Below, piece by piece: positions 25,040 to 38,888 of a stretch of DNA of 64,000 bases. A program made the translations under genes and the position numbers. Where the stretch lies: NCBI GenBank assembly GCA_951406725.2, contig OX597814.1, forward strand, positions 164,424,001 to 164,488,000, read 5' to 3'. The first letter of the stretch is position 1, and each line of letters opens with the position of its first letter. The notes beneath the pieces are model-generated. The model was not told the origin of the DNA. It saw only the letters and a program-made list of their open reading frames with translations, and ran no database searches. Source of the DNA: Octopus vulgaris (taxonomy: Eukaryota).

Positions 25040-25699
25040 CTGAGATGGAAAAATAAGTTGAATATATAGATATGTGTATCTGATCCAACTGGAAGGTGAA
25101 AGAGAAAAAAGGCTCTCATATGAAAGACTAGAAGTCTGTGTGTGTGCGTGTGAATAGATAACCATGTATGCACAAATGCATATATGAGATTTTTCTCTTA
25201 TAGGAATGTATTTTCTTGAAGGTATTCTTTTAGAAGATAATCTGGTTTCACTAAGATTATTTTTCAAAACATACTCTTAAAAATGCAAGCTGGATACGTT
25301 ACTGCAATTTTATTATGAACACTGCATAATTTCTCAGTGTTTGTTTGGTAAACAGAAGTTTTATAGCAGTAAATTTAATGAAAGCTATTACCAAATTATA
25401 GGTTTGGAAAAAGAAAAAAACTCAATGCAAAAATGTTCATTTTATATCATGGTCATGCTTCTATTTCAGGTAGTTCTTTGTAAACCATAAAAATATTGAC
25501 ACTATTTGATCTTTTCATATTACAGTTGTATATTTTATTGTAATTGAAGCAGCTGCAAAGATCCCTGCTGATTTTCACAGTAGGTCTTGGTATGAATGAA
25601 TTACCATGTGATATTAAAATGTCTGCTAGAATGTAATAGAGAGTTCTCTTTTTGCGGTAGAAACATTTATGGTCCAAATGACCTTTTTTTTACTATATA

Positions 25700-26097
25700 C
25701 TCTTTACTCTTTTACTTGTTTCAGTCATTTGACTGCGGCCATGCTGGAGCACCGCCTTTTAGTCGAGCAAATCGACCCCGGGACTTATTCTTTGTAAGCC
25801 CAGTACTTATTCTATCGGTCTCTTTTTGCTGAACCGCTAAGTGACGGTGACATAAACACACCAGCATCGGTTGTCAAGCAATGCTAGGGAGACAAACACA
25901 GTCACACAAACACACACACACACATATATATATATATACATATATACGACAGGCTTCTTTCAGTTTCCGTCTACCAAATCCACTCACAAGGCATTGGTCG
26001 GCCCGGGGCTATAGCAGAAGACACTTGCCCAAGATGCCATGCAGTGGGACTGAACCTGTTGGTTAGCAAGCTACTTACCACACAGCCACTCCCGCGC
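25700..26097 (-). mobile_element. Near full-length SINE family B
   Basis: Minus strand: gcgggagtggctgtgtggtaag head, cttgggcaagtgtcttct body, tail ggcggtgctccagcatggccgcagtcaaatgactgaaac. Confidence 0.85.
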
Positions 26098-26469
26098 ATA
26101 TATATATATATATATATTTTTTTTTTTCACTCAGGGGATTTTATCTGAAACTACAATCCAATGTGTATTTGAAAATGTGCAAAGAACTGCAGCATGAAAA
26201 GTCATACTGCAGCAGTCACGAGTAAACCGACTGATGAACTAATGGAGCACATAAAATGCTCAGATATTAATGTTTGTACTTCAAAATAGTCATACTAAAA
26301 TGATTTCATATTATTTGAGCTCACACAATTGAGACTTGGTTTGGTGATGTGTGTGTATGTGTGTGTGTGTGTGTGTGTGTGTACTGTATCTATTGTCTTT
26401 CTTGGTGTAAAAATGTAATTTTCTCTCTGAGTGAAGGACGAAATATATGATGTTTAATATTGGGTGGTA

Positions 26470-26760
26470 GTGAAAAATGAGTGGTGAGTGTAGCAGATGA
26501 GTAAGGGCTAGATAAAAATGATGTGAGCATGCTCTGCAGTATGTGCAGTGTTAGTAAACATGCAAAGCAGAACTTGGACAAACTGAGAGGAAAATGGATA
26601 CAAGAGAAATAGAAATTTCATGAAGGGTGCAAGAGGGAGGACTGCAGATACGATCATGAGATGTATATGCAGGATGACAATTGGACATAGAATTCCTGTT
26701 GGATCTTGTAGAAGAGGAAGACTGCAGAAGATGTGAGAGTTGTAGTAAAGGCTGGCCAAA
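26470..26760 (+). mobile_element. Degenerate RTE-like LINE 3' fragment
   Basis: LDKNDVSMLCSMCSVS...KLR...GLQIRS..M.DDNWT...CRR aligns loosely with the RTE C-terminus (MLRWMC...RLRWYGHV.RM...GRP). Confidence 0.5.
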
Positions 26761-27041
26761 AAAGTATAACAAACACAAGATGAAATTTATATCATTTGTC
26801 CTCAACATATGTTTCACCATTGTGGTTATTTGCATTCTCTGCAGTGAGTGCTCTGTGAACAATTGGATGCTGAACCACAACAATTCATCTGAGGAACACT
26901 TTTTCTTTACACTGCTAAGTACTGTAGTGACCACACCACTTTACTAGAAGCAGAATGGATGATGATACTATATATATATATATATATATGAAAAAATAAG
27001 ACAAAATAGAAAATGCTAAAATAATTTTATAGTGAACATTT

Positions 27042-27079
27042 CAGTACCGGTTTCGGTCATTTTGAGACCTTTTCAACTG
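27042..27079 (-). ncRNA. Mirror copy of the U3:A8 hammerhead-like motif
   Basis: Exact reverse complement (cagtaccggtttcggtcattttgagaccttttcaactg) in the left arm of the palindrome. Confidence 0.7.
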
Positions 27080-27349
27080 TAACGATTAAATAATTAAATT
27101 TAGAAAAATTAGAAGAAAAGTTTTTTTAAAGGAATATTTCTATAGTAGTGTTCAGATATAAGTGGCATTCTGCCTTTCTCTGACTCCCTTGTTTGCACTT
27201 GTGTGTTGGAGGTCGTTCTCCACCACACAAGTGCAAACAAGGGAGTCAGAGAAAGGCAGAATGCCACTTATATCTGAACACTACTATAGAAATATTCCTT
27301 TAAAAAAACTTTTCTTCTAATTTTTCTAAATTTAATTATTTAATCGTTA

Positions 27350-27387
27350 CAGTTGAAAAGGTCTCAAAATGACCGAAACCGGTACTG
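27350..27387 (+). ncRNA. Minimal type I hammerhead ribozyme-like motif, U3:A8 core variant
   Basis: cag-TTGAAAA-GGTC tcaaaat GACC-GAAA-C CG G-TA-ctg. Stem I cag/ctg, stem II GGTC/GACC, palindromic ACCGGT stem III, predicted GUA cleavage triplet. Confidence 0.7.
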
Positions 27388-27477
27388 AAATGTTCACTAT
27401 AAAATTATTTTAGCATTTTCTATTTTGTTTACTTATTTTTTCATATATATCAACTCGTGTGTTCCTTTTTCACCCTT

Positions 27478-27530
<53 letters not shown>

Positions 27531-29499
27531 CTGGTTTCACACTTAAGACTTCAGCAATACTGGAGCATTGTCTTCAAGAATTTTAAGCCATCATATCAAC
27601 CCCACTAATTATTTCAGTCTGGCAGTTAATAATTTCTCAATCTTTATTTTTTGAATCATTAAGGTAAAAGAGCTAAAGAAAGATAACATCTCAACACTGA
27701 CAACAGATGTAACTTGACTGGATCAAAACCATACTTATTAAGGAAAAGTTAATTCAAAGAAAGAAGGTAAAAAATATTGAAAGAGGGGGAAAAAAAACCC
27801 AATAAAAATTATATCAGAGTAACAGTTGGGCATTTCAAAATATAACTTGCTATAGAAGGAACTTAAAGCCTATACGGAAGCATATGTGGAGCTTTAGGTA
27901 GATAAATTTTGCAAATATTTGAGTGGTACACTTTGTGTGTTTGATTTCAGGACATGCTCCTTTTGTGCAACAGAAAATTATAAATGAATATGTTTGCTCA
28001 ACAGAAGAAAGGATGTGACATCACATTGAAGACAGTAGAATAAATTATTTTTTTAAAAACATGTCCTGTTTGTAAAAGCATATATATCTGATGATTTAAT
28101 AGTGATAGAGCTGACAATAGAGGTATAGTAATGTTGATCTGAAGAGAACAACAATTTAAATTGAACAAAAAAAAAAAACCCTCAAAAAACAAAAAATGAC
28201 CAACGAATTAACTAATAACAAATTGGCAATTCAGAGAATTGGATGTACAGAGTACATTAACTGAATAACAGAATATGTTATTCTGAGAGTTAAAGCTCTG
28301 GAAACAAAGACTTGATAGGAGATAAGATCATGTGTATTTCCTTTATATCCTGTTATCGTAAGTTGATCCTTTCCATTTATTCTTACACTGTATAGAGTTA
28401 ATGCTATATCCCAAATAATTCATAATTCATATGAATTTATAATAGGCCCTATGAAGTATGCATATTTTGTTATCATATAAATAAAAATTCACATAACACA
28501 CATATGTATATCCATACATACACATAAGGATAACTAGTTAATAATTCAGATATAAAAGTTGCCAAAAGTATCATAAGAAAAAATTTAAAAATTCACATAA
28601 GCGTGTAAAGGCACAAGTGCAAAGGAAAAGGTTATAAGCGATTTTAGAAAATATCATAAACTTAAATAACAAAAATAATTGTGTATGTGCATTAAAAGGC
28701 AGAAAGGTGAAAGGTTTCAGCATAGAAAGTAGAAGGCAAATATAGTATCAACAGAAAAAAATTAGGCATAAAAGTTATTAAAAATACGAAAAAAGGAAAG
28801 AAAATTCTGCAGGCAAAAAAATAGAGGAGGTTAATAATGTGTTAATAACAAGAGGATAAATGAAGAACTCTTTGAAATTAACGATGAAAAATTTAACATA
28901 TAAACGAAAAAGAAGTTAAGGGAGTAAAGATAATTTGGTTGAGATAAAGCCCAAATTTAATAGGATCATCATTAAAGGAAATAAAAATGTATTGAAATTA
29001 AAATGTGAATTGCAAACGTTAAACTAAATAAGGCAGCTAGTGCTTGAATGATTAAAACAATTTAGCAAGTATGTGTTAGGTTATTAACTATGGTTTTACA
29101 ACAATGATAAAAGATCAGGAATGAAAAGATTGGTTGAAATTGGTTTTGTTGGCCATTCATATTAACAATTTGAGATTGTGTAGAGAAAGCTAAATGTTCT
29201 TAGAGATGTGTGGCTTCAATGAATTTTTGCATAAAAATCATGAGCCAAGCAAATAGATATATAAATAGGCTGATGAAGTTTGAAAAAAAAAAATTTTAAA
29301 TAGAGTTAGTAATATTAGTTAAGGAAAAGCTAAGGCATGTCGTACATATGAAGAGATATAACAATTATAAAGCTCAGAGGTTCAGAGAAACTTCAAAATT
29401 GTGAAGCCAGAAAAGTAACAAACAAATATCAAATATAAGATGCAGAAATAGATTCAAGCAGAAAACTGAATATACTGAACCTATGTCTTGGAGACACAA

Positions 29500-29950
29500 A
29501 CTTAAAAATAGAATATGTAATATGTGGATGAATCCACCTTTTAATCTCAAAGCAGACCACTTTGTAACAGGAATTTTTACTTAAGAATACTCCCCATATA
29601 ATCATAGGTATTATAGTACTTTCAGTAAACTTCCTATTAAGATCCCAATACCATAATTTAGCCCCTACTTATGCTTCTTCTAACCTAATGAAATTAAAGC
29701 AATCTAGTACTGTATATACAACTAATAATTGTAACTATGCTAATTATTTGTCATGTCCTTTCAACATCTAATGCTTAAATAAAGATATCACATACAAAAG
29801 TAAAACTACTGACTCCACTAAAGTATAAATGGATCTCACTGTAAATCCTTTTAAGATTCAAAGTTTTTCTTTCAGACACATTCCACATGTAAGACTATAT
29901 CTCTTTGAAATTGTAAGCAGAACCTAAAGACCATAACCTTTCAAAACACA
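29500..29950 (+). mobile_element. Highly degenerate Penelope-like remnant
   Basis: NMWMNPPFNL...HRYYSTFS...CN....CPF...CL.KDI.YK echoes the motif order at 16150-16960. It may extend left into the A-rich 28.4-29.5 kb region. Confidence 0.5.
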
Positions 29951-31239
29951 GACATACAACTAGACATAGTGAATTACTGATGTGCACACAGACATTCAGA
30001 CAGAAACATAAACACATTGCACATGCATACATGTGCATGAATATATATATATATATATATATACAGAGTATGTAAGTGTATGCATGCTCAAAATGTCTTT
30101 GTAAACATCTATAAACAGGCTCCTATAAACAGAGGCACACAGAGTTCGCACATTTATGCAAGCATACATATATGCATATAGGAAGAATATATACATAGCA
30201 TTCAGGCATACACGCACACATACAACAAATCCAGGTTACTCTATACCATACACAACACAATCATCTCCAAGTAAAATTTCACATGGATCTTGTTTTCTTA
30301 TGAACACACACACACACACACACACGTACACACACGTATACATACACACCACACACAAGTTTTCTTGTCTACCTTTTTATCCCACTGCATATTTGTCAAC
30401 AGAGTAAACACATCTTATTGTCTTGTTATGGAATTTCTCTATTCCATACAGATCATTATACTACACAGCCCATTCAAACAGAATCTGTTCCTAATCAGTA
30501 TGCATCGTTAATGGGAACAAAGTTCATATTTAAATTTTAAAAGAATGATTATTTTGTTTGTATGAATAAACCAGTGATTTACTGGAAAACAATTAAATAT
30601 AGAATTCTGAGACTCTATTTAATTTCCTGTTTCAAGTTGCTCCTACTTCAGGAGATCATAGATCTCTCGAATTTTTAGACTTATAATATTAAGCATTGAA
30701 TTTTCTAATGTGTCGTTTCTTTTCTAAGACAGTAGGGTACAAAGTGAAGGAAGTACGGCTGCTATTTTTAGCAGGTCGGACGCTCGCGAAGATACTTTTT
30801 CGCCAGCGTTTGTTGGCACATTTGAGCTTACATGTGAGTATTATAGCAGAAAATCATGTTATGAATAGATTAAATGGAATATATTAAAGGTTTAGGTGGG
30901 AAATGAATAACTATCCATCACAGAAGGGAAAGAATGAACTTCAAAAGTATCAGAGTTATTTCCCCTAAACAATTACTAAAACAAAATAACGCAACTTGCA
31001 CAAATTGTTTGTGTATGCGTGTATGTGTCCGTAATATGTGTGTGTGTGTGTATGTGTGTGTAATACGCGTGACTACACACATCGATTGAATTGGAAAACT
31101 CACTAAAACTCGAATTTATCAATATACTAGCTTCTTCAAGTTTCATACTAAAATAAACAGTAGAAATGGCATGACGATCCAAGGGGAATGACGAATAACG
31201 TTCATGAGAACTTTTACACATAGTTACATCTTTTAATAA

Positions 31240-31850
31240 TAGTTTCAAATTTTGGCACAGGGCCAGCAATGTCAGGGAAGGGGATAAATCGATTACATCG
31301 CTCTCAGTGTTCAACTGGTACTTATTTTACCGACCCTGAAAGGATGAAAGGTAAAATGGACCTCGGCGGAAATTGAACTTAGAACGTGGAGACGGACGAA
31401 ATGTCACTTAGTATTTTTCCCGGCATGCTAACGATTCTGCCATCTCGCCACACCTTTTAATAATTATTTCTTTTTTGCCCACAGGGGGCTAAACATAGAG
31501 GGGACACACAAAGAGATTAAGTCGATTACATCTACCCCAGAGCGTAACTGGTACTTATTTAATCGACTCCAAAAAGATTAAAGGCTGAATTTGAACTCAG
31601 AACGTAATTGCAGACGAAATATCTGTTTCTTTATTACCCACGAGGGGCTAAACATAGAGGGGACAAACAAGGACAGACAAACGGATTAAGTCGATTACAT
31701 CGACCCCAGGGCGTAACTGGCACTTGATTTATCGACCCCGAAAGGATGAAATACAAAGTCGACCTCAGCGGAATTTGAACCCAGAACGTAACGGCAGACG
31801 AAATATCGGTTACGCATTTTGCCCGGCGTGCTAACGTTTCTGCCAGCTCG
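31240..31850 (-). mobile_element. Family A SINE cluster
   Basis: Several partial and tandem reverse-complement copies with CpGs intact. Confidence 0.85.
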
Positions 31851-32225
31851 CAGTCTTGCTACACCTTTTAATAATGAAGTGAAATAATACAAGCTCCGTC
31901 TGAGAAATTCCAAATACTTTCCCACCACCCAATATCAGCATTGCTAGGCGTAGGCGTGGGTGTTTGGTAAGAAGCTTGCTTCCCAACGACCTGGTTCTAA
32001 GTTTAGGCCAAACGCGTGACACCTTGGGCAAATGTCTTCTACTATAACCTCGGGCCGGTCAAAGTCTAATAAGTGGATTTTGTTGAGGGAAACTGAAAAA
32101 GTCCGGATTGAGCTGCTGTCTTGCAGACTTTGACATATTTTCTGTTACTTTGTTAATATACCAGTTGTATTCAATGAACTTTCTACAATCAGTGAGGACA
32201 AAGATCATAGTTTTCTTACCATTAA

Positions 32226-32514
32226 TTTATATTACAAATAAGAAAATGGAGAAACACATTAGTTGGTCTATTAGATTTAGGATATTAGAATGTTGACTTA
32301 TTTATTTATCAAAACGACAACCATAATAACATACATATATACAGTATAAAATTCAATACATATAAGATAAGAATACAAGTAGTTATTAAAAAAACATTAA
32401 TATAAAATATTAATTATGGTTGTCGTTTTGATAAATAAATAAGTCAACATTCTAATATCCTAAATCTAATAGACCAACTAATGTGTTTCTCCATTTTCTT
32501 ATTTGTGATATTAT
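32226..32514. repeat. ~100-bp inverted repeat with ~85-bp spacer, inserted in a SINE
   Basis: acaaataagaaaatggagaaacacattagttggtc...aaaacgacaaccataat and its reverse complement at 32413-32512. Both strands give the same ORF ending (NKKMEKHISWSIRFRILEC). Confidence 0.9.
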
Positions 32515-33129
32515 ATATATATATATATATATTTGTGCGTACAGGTGGTAGTGTGTTTACGTCCCGGTAACGTAGTGGTTCGGCAAATGAGACCGATAGA
32601 GCAGGTACCAGACTAATAATAATAAGTACTGGTGTCGACCCATTCGTGTAAAAACTCTTCAAGGCGGTGCCCTAGTATGGCCGCAGTCTAAAGACTAAAA
32701 CAAGTGAAAGATAAAAAAATAACTTTATCGAGTTAACAAGACAGCTTCTATATGGTTTTTCGACTTATAAGAAATAGCAGTCTAATCGGAAACTTTGCTT
32801 GAGAGAGAGACTCTACGTTCTTCTGGATAGGGATGTACTCAGACGGGGACAAATGATGGCATTGGTTTTATTGTGAAGAATTCACGTCTGAAGATGATGG
32901 AGCCCAGTGAGAAAGGGACCGAACAGGTTTTCTCTCTTCGGCTCCTCAAATCCGATGAGAGTCTGAACCTCCTGCAGTGGCTATGCATAAATCTTCTACT
33001 TCATTCATGACTTAAGAGACTCCTACGACCAGCTCTCAACTATAATACTAAAGCTTCCGAGTTCGGAACAGTTGCTGCTACGTGGCAGCTTCTTTACCAG
33101 AGTGGGCGTCGATAACAGTTCCTGGTTCA

Positions 33130-33348
33130 AAGGCAGCAGGTTGGCAGAACCGTTAGCACGCCGGGCGAAATGCGTTGCCGTATTTCGTCTGCCGTTACGT
33201 TCTGAGTTCAAATTCCGCTGAGCTCGACTTTGCCTTTCATCCTTTCGGGGTCGATAAATTAAGTACCAGTTACGTACTGGAGTCGATATAATCGACTTAA
33301 TCCATTTGTCTGTCCTTGTTTGTCCCCTCTATGTTTAGCCCCTTGAGG
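33130..33348 (+). mobile_element. Family A SINE with flanking direct repeat
   Basis: gataacagttcctggttca occurs before (33111) and after (33348) the element. Confidence 0.85.
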
Positions 33349-33829
33349 ATAACAGTTCCTGGTTCAGAAGCCTAGAGTAGTATGGATGGGTCTGGCAGCA
33401 TAAATTAGAACGAACAACTGTTCGTACAACGAAACTTTGCACATATTAAGAATTTGTGTCTCTAACACCTATTTGCAGACCATTTCCACGCCAAAGTTAG
33501 GGTAAGGTATCTTGAGGATAACCACACTTCATATTCCGACTATAATTAGACTTGATAATCAAAAGATGTCGCCACCTGAGAAACATGCTTTCAGAGTGCC
33601 GACTGTGACATGAACCATTGTCTGTTTTGCTGCATAATCAGAAGTGCAATGTCCAGATAGAGTAGCGGGGTGGGGGAGAGATAGAGAGAGAGAGAGCAAA
33701 ATAAGTAGGTCGCGCGAGAAGAGATAGATAGGGAGATAAAAAGATAGCGAGATGGATGTATAGACCGATGGATAGACAGATAAACAGGTATAGAAATAGC
33801 GAGATAAACAGATAGATAAATGAAGAGCG

Positions 33830-33976
<147 letters not shown>

Positions 33977-34344
33977 GTGATAGACAGCTAAGTAATAGAT
34001 ACAAAGATTATCATGCAGGCAGTTAAATGATTGATTAACATACAAACGCCTGTACAAGTACGGGGTTATGTACTATATATCAACATTGACTTATAAAACC
34101 CGCAGCACCACTGATATTGGGTCAGTGCGAGACCAATTAAACGTCGGTACATATTTAATCGATTAATTCATATCGTGCAGCAAGTATTACGATGCGACCC
34201 GACAAAATGTGTGCAGGTTGTAAAATCATTATTCACTCATCACACAAAAAGAAACGCGTGGGAGTATGTTTTATTGTTATAACAGTTATCAATCAACTGA
34301 AGCATAAATCGCTAGCCAAGAAACCGTTTCGGGTCTTAGTAGTT

Positions 34345-34742
34345 TATTATTTCTTTATTGCCCACAAAGGGGCTAAACACAGAGGGGACAAACAAGGACA
34401 GACAAAGGGATTAAGTCGATTATATCGACCCCAGTGCGAGCTGGCAGAAACGTTAGCGCGCCGGGAGAAATGCTTAGCAGTATTTCGTCTGCCGCTACGT
34501 TCTGAGTTCAAATTCCGCCGAGGTCAACTTTGCCTTTTATCCTCTCGGGGTCGATAAATAAAGTACCAGTTTCGCACTGAGGTCGATCTAATCGACTTAA
34601 TCCCTTTGTTTGTCCTTGTTTGTCCCCTCTATGTTTAGCCCCTTGTGGGTAGTAAAGAAATATATATCGACCCCAGTGCGTAACTGGTACTTAATATATC
34701 GACCCCGAAAGGATGAAAGGCAAAGTCGACCTCGGCGGAATT
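34345..34742. mobile_element. Family A SINE (+) nested in a family A SINE (-)
   Basis: tatatcgaccccagtgcg is duplicated at ~34421 and ~34663, either side of the inner copy. Confidence 0.8.
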
Positions 34743-34987
34743 TAGGTCTAGTAGTTTATGGTGATCATAATTTTCACTTGGTCATACAAGATCGAGACTT
34801 TGATGTTCAAGAGACAAAGGGCTTCTTTCTACCACCGGTGGGATGAAAGCCTAGTTAAAGTGTATCGATTTGTGTTTCCACGATTCTACTTAGATGGTTT
34901 GTTTGATTGAGTGTTGTTGTATAGCCACAGGTAATCTCTGATCGAGCAAATTTATGACGTTAGGCATTCCCGATGCGATTATACTGT

Positions 34988-35288
34988 TGTAGCGTACCTT
35001 AGTGAGGTCCTCTCTATCTGGCATGTGTGGCCAATCGCAACCTTCTGATAAGGTCCCGTGACACAGTCTTCTAGGTTCTCTTCTGGAGCCCACTAATCTC
35101 TTTAAAAGCTAGCTCAACAAACCGTAATTTGTCTTTGGTTCTCACCACTGGTAGAGGGCTCTGTAGCGTACGTTAGTGAGGTCCTCTCTATCTGGCATGT
35201 GTGGTACGGAAGCTGTCCGTCATCCGCCACGTCAGCATTCGTACCACACATGCCAGATAGAGAGGACCTCACTAACGTACGCTACACT
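34988..35288. repeat. Direct plus inverted triplication of a ~45-bp unit
   Basis: tgtagcgtac(c/g)ttagtgaggtcctctctatctggcatgtgtgg at 34988 and 35162, and its reverse complement at ~35240-35287. Confidence 0.85.
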
Positions 35289-37321
35289 GTGTTTCCAGAG
35301 TATTCTAACAGGCGTGAAAGAGTAAAGTAATCTGTTTGAAGTATTGCAATATATGTAAATGGGTAAATGTTTACAAATAATACTTTGAGTTATGCGGCTG
35401 AAGGTTTAAATAAATTATGCAGGGTGATGTTAATGAATGAAAACAATGAGAAAAAGATTGTATTACCTGACAAGCATTGTTTAATGATCCCATAATATTT
35501 CGGGGGAACGTTTTTCTTTTTCAAACGGAAGGAATAAGATAATCAAAGATTTCGGAGAATGTGTTATTATCTACAGGCCAATTTAGTTTGATTTAAACGG
35601 TATTTAGCTGCTATTTCTTGTAAGTCGTGTGATCGTGAAGAAGTCGATGGAATAAGTATAAGTCAAATGCACGGGTCAATTTAATCGACAATGACTTTCT
35701 CCTTAATACGGGGTTGTATTAGTTGGCTCGTAGTTCGATTGGTCGAGACAACCTGCATCTAACAGTCCCAATTATGCTCTGACAGAAGCCACCTCTGATG
35801 ATTGCTTTTACTTTACAATTAAAGTAGTTGTAATTAGAGAGACTTGGAAATAATTAACTGAATTCATTTACCAGGTCTGTCTAACACTAGCGAATCCAAA
35901 AAGCCCTCTTCGACGAAGCTATAGTGTTGCCTATAAAAAAAATAGTAAATAAAATGGAAAACAGTGTATTCTGCACTCAGAAACGTTTCCACTTTTCCCC
36001 CATTTTTCTGTAAACCTATTTTCTCTGATGTAAGTGGTTTGGACGATTCTGGGTTAATATGGAGAATGGGCTGGGTAAACTAAAGCAATCAAAATATTTC
36101 TGTATGGAACATTTGATGGAATTAACGAACCGGCATCTTAGAAAGTGATTTGTAATTAAATGAAATGTATCACTAATTCGTTTTATGGTATTTCCAAATG
36201 AAACACTGCATTATTGCATGACCGGGGAAAATTCCTCAGAGATGGGTTCTGCCTGAAAAACACATAGTTAAGTGCTGTCAGAGCAAATTCACTGTGTTGT
36301 TCGAATATCCGACAAAATTACCTTGCTGTATTTGTTCCGGACTCCTGCATTCTCAGATCAGTTCCGCCATGGCCAACACTGCCTTTCATTATTCCGGGGA
36401 TGACAAAACACCAATTTAGGGCAGTGGACTGGCAGAACTGTTGGATGGGATGCCTTCCGATATTCTGGCTCTTTGCTTTCTGAGTTCAAATGCCATCGTG
36501 ACCTACTTAGGTGGTGGAATTAATCCGTTGCCTAATCTAGCATCACTCCCTTATCTTCGAGTATCTTAAACAGAATTTACTCAGTTACAGGCATTCGGGT
36601 CCGGTCTCTGGTTTGTGGGTACGTTCCTCCCTCCCGTCTTCAGTCTAGGAGATTCTGAGAATTGGGGCTGTTAACTCCCTTGAGTAACATATATAAAATG
36701 GAAGCTCACATATTTAATACAATGTTCCCGCAAAACAAATTAATTAAAATTACGCCTATAAGGAATTAAAAAAAAAAAGCATTAAGCTTACTGATTAATT
36801 CTTAAGAAGCAAGAGATACCACTCGGAAAACCTAACTAACAAAAAACTGTATGGGGTTTGTAATGGAGAAAAGATCTATTCTTTGACCGATACGATGACA
36901 ACGGCGAGAATGTTTCGGCCTCGTTAGACCTTATCAGTGAAGCATATTTTTACTCGTGCTTAGAAAGTTTGAGATGAGTGTATTCTAGTAGTGGTAGGAG
37001 TAGTGTAGATGGTGCCATTTATCTTTTAGTCAATGAAGTGCGGCTATGCTGGGGCACCGCCTTGAAGGGTTTTGTTCAAAAAATCGACTCCACTACTTAT
37101 TTTTAAAGCCTGGTATTTATTCTATCGGTCTCTTTTGCTGAATCACTAGGTCACGGGGTTGTCAACAAACCAACGTCGGTTGTCAACAAATACATTTACC
37201 AAGACACACACATAAGTACACTGCGTTTATCAAATGAAATCCATTCATTAGGCTTTGGGTTGGCTCGAGGGTTAGAACCCAGAACCATGTGGCTGGAAAG
37301 CAAACCTCTTACACATAGCCA

Positions 37322-37479
37322 CTTTTTGTATTCCTTTTTATATACATATGGCGACGTACGTACACTATGGTCTCTTATATATATATATATATATTTGTTG
37401 TCCCTTTTTTTGTATTCCTTTTTATATACATATGGTGACGTACGTACACTTTGGTCTCTTATATGTAAGTACACACACG

Positions 37480-37512
<33 letters not shown>

Positions 37513-37586
37513 TACTTACATATAAGAGACCAAAGTGTACGTACGTCGCGATATGTATATAAAAAGGAATACAAAAAAAGGGACAA

Positions 37587-37592
<6 letters not shown>
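37322..37592. repeat. Direct plus inverted triplication of a ~60-70-bp unit separated by (TA)n
   Basis: tttttgtattcctttttatatacatatggcgacgtacgtacact..ggtctcttatat at 37323 and ~37407, inverted at ~37513-37590. Flanked by two oppositely oriented SINE tails (37020-37190 and 37640-37830). Confidence 0.85.
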
Positions 37593-37639
<47 letters not shown>

Positions 37640-38054
37640 TATTTGCTTTCGTCCCCCACCACCATTTGAAACCGATGTTGGTTTGTTTACGTCCCCATGA
37701 CTTAGTGGTTTGGCAAAATAGACCGATAGACTTGTACCACACTTAAAAAATAATGAGTGGGGGCGAGTCTTTCGAGAAAAGTCCTTGAAGGCAGCGCCCA
37801 TGCATAGACAGTTCAATGCCTGAAAGAAAAGATAAACTTCTGTATATATTAGATTGTCTATCAGTCTGTCTGTCTGTCTCTAATTGAATGAATTAGTAAT
37901 ATTTTAGTTTGGTATGATGACCCCACCCCTCCAAGATAAAAGAGAAAATACTAAAATACTAGTATCTTTGTCTTTTATGTAAAATGATGTTTGTAACAAT
38001 AGGCAATATTTTGGAAGAAAAATAGCAAGAATCGTGGCGACAAGACCACATCCA

Positions 38055-38134
<80 letters not shown>

Positions 38135-38888
38135 TACATTGCTGGCTTTGTCATTTAGAGTTCCAGATCACCGGATGAGTCAGCTGCTATGTTGCTCTCG
38201 GGTCACTGGATGTTAGTCAGCCGCTATGTTGCTCTCACCGATCTCGTACAAAGTCTCTTTAAATTAGTTTTCTTAAAAGAATGAGAGAAAGCTAAAATGT
38301 TGACCAAGAGTTCACACAGCTAGAGATGACAATATATAAATTAGCTGCTCACTGCTCACTCTACACATCGCTTTCCATACCTCTCTACTTGAGCTAGTTA
38401 CACAGCAGAAACTAAAACAATGGCAGCAATGAGGCAAATATACAATAACGTCTAAAAAAGGAAGACTCTCCCTCCTCCATTTGTGTCGTCTTAGACTAAG
38501 CAAACAGTTTTCCATTTGTCTGATTCATTTTAACAATAGATGTTGTTCTCTAGTTACTAATTATATATTATATTATCCAGAGCTATGGCAAATATGCCTT
38601 TTGAAATGTTAACGGTAGTTTAATTATGTAGTCGGAATTAGTTGACACTTACAAGAAAAGAAAACAAAAATGTAATACTCTATTATATATATGACATTTT
38701 GCGAAAATGTGCACCGACTTGTTGGTTCATTAGACGTTAAGCAGTCGGACATTCCATTTCGATCGATTAACGAAGAAATTTTCATTATAGACTGTATGTA
38801 CTTAGTGCATATATCCTCCACATTTCAGAGGCATATCAAACATTGCACTTTTAAAGATATGCTAAACAGTATACAGTTAAGATAGCAT

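Larger units (their letters stand above)
26982..27450. mobile_element. Near-perfect ~230-bp-arm palindrome (Penelope-like inverted terminus) between (TA)n tracts
   Basis: Arms 26982-27211 and 27218-27450 with 6-nt loop gtcgtt. By eye there is about one mismatch and one small indel. Confidence 0.85.

Noticed and set aside
36905-36945. Hammerhead-like CTGATAA-GGTC..GGCC-GAAACATTC on the minus strand
   Set aside because: C3:A8 mismatch and no stem I pairing; at best a decayed relic.
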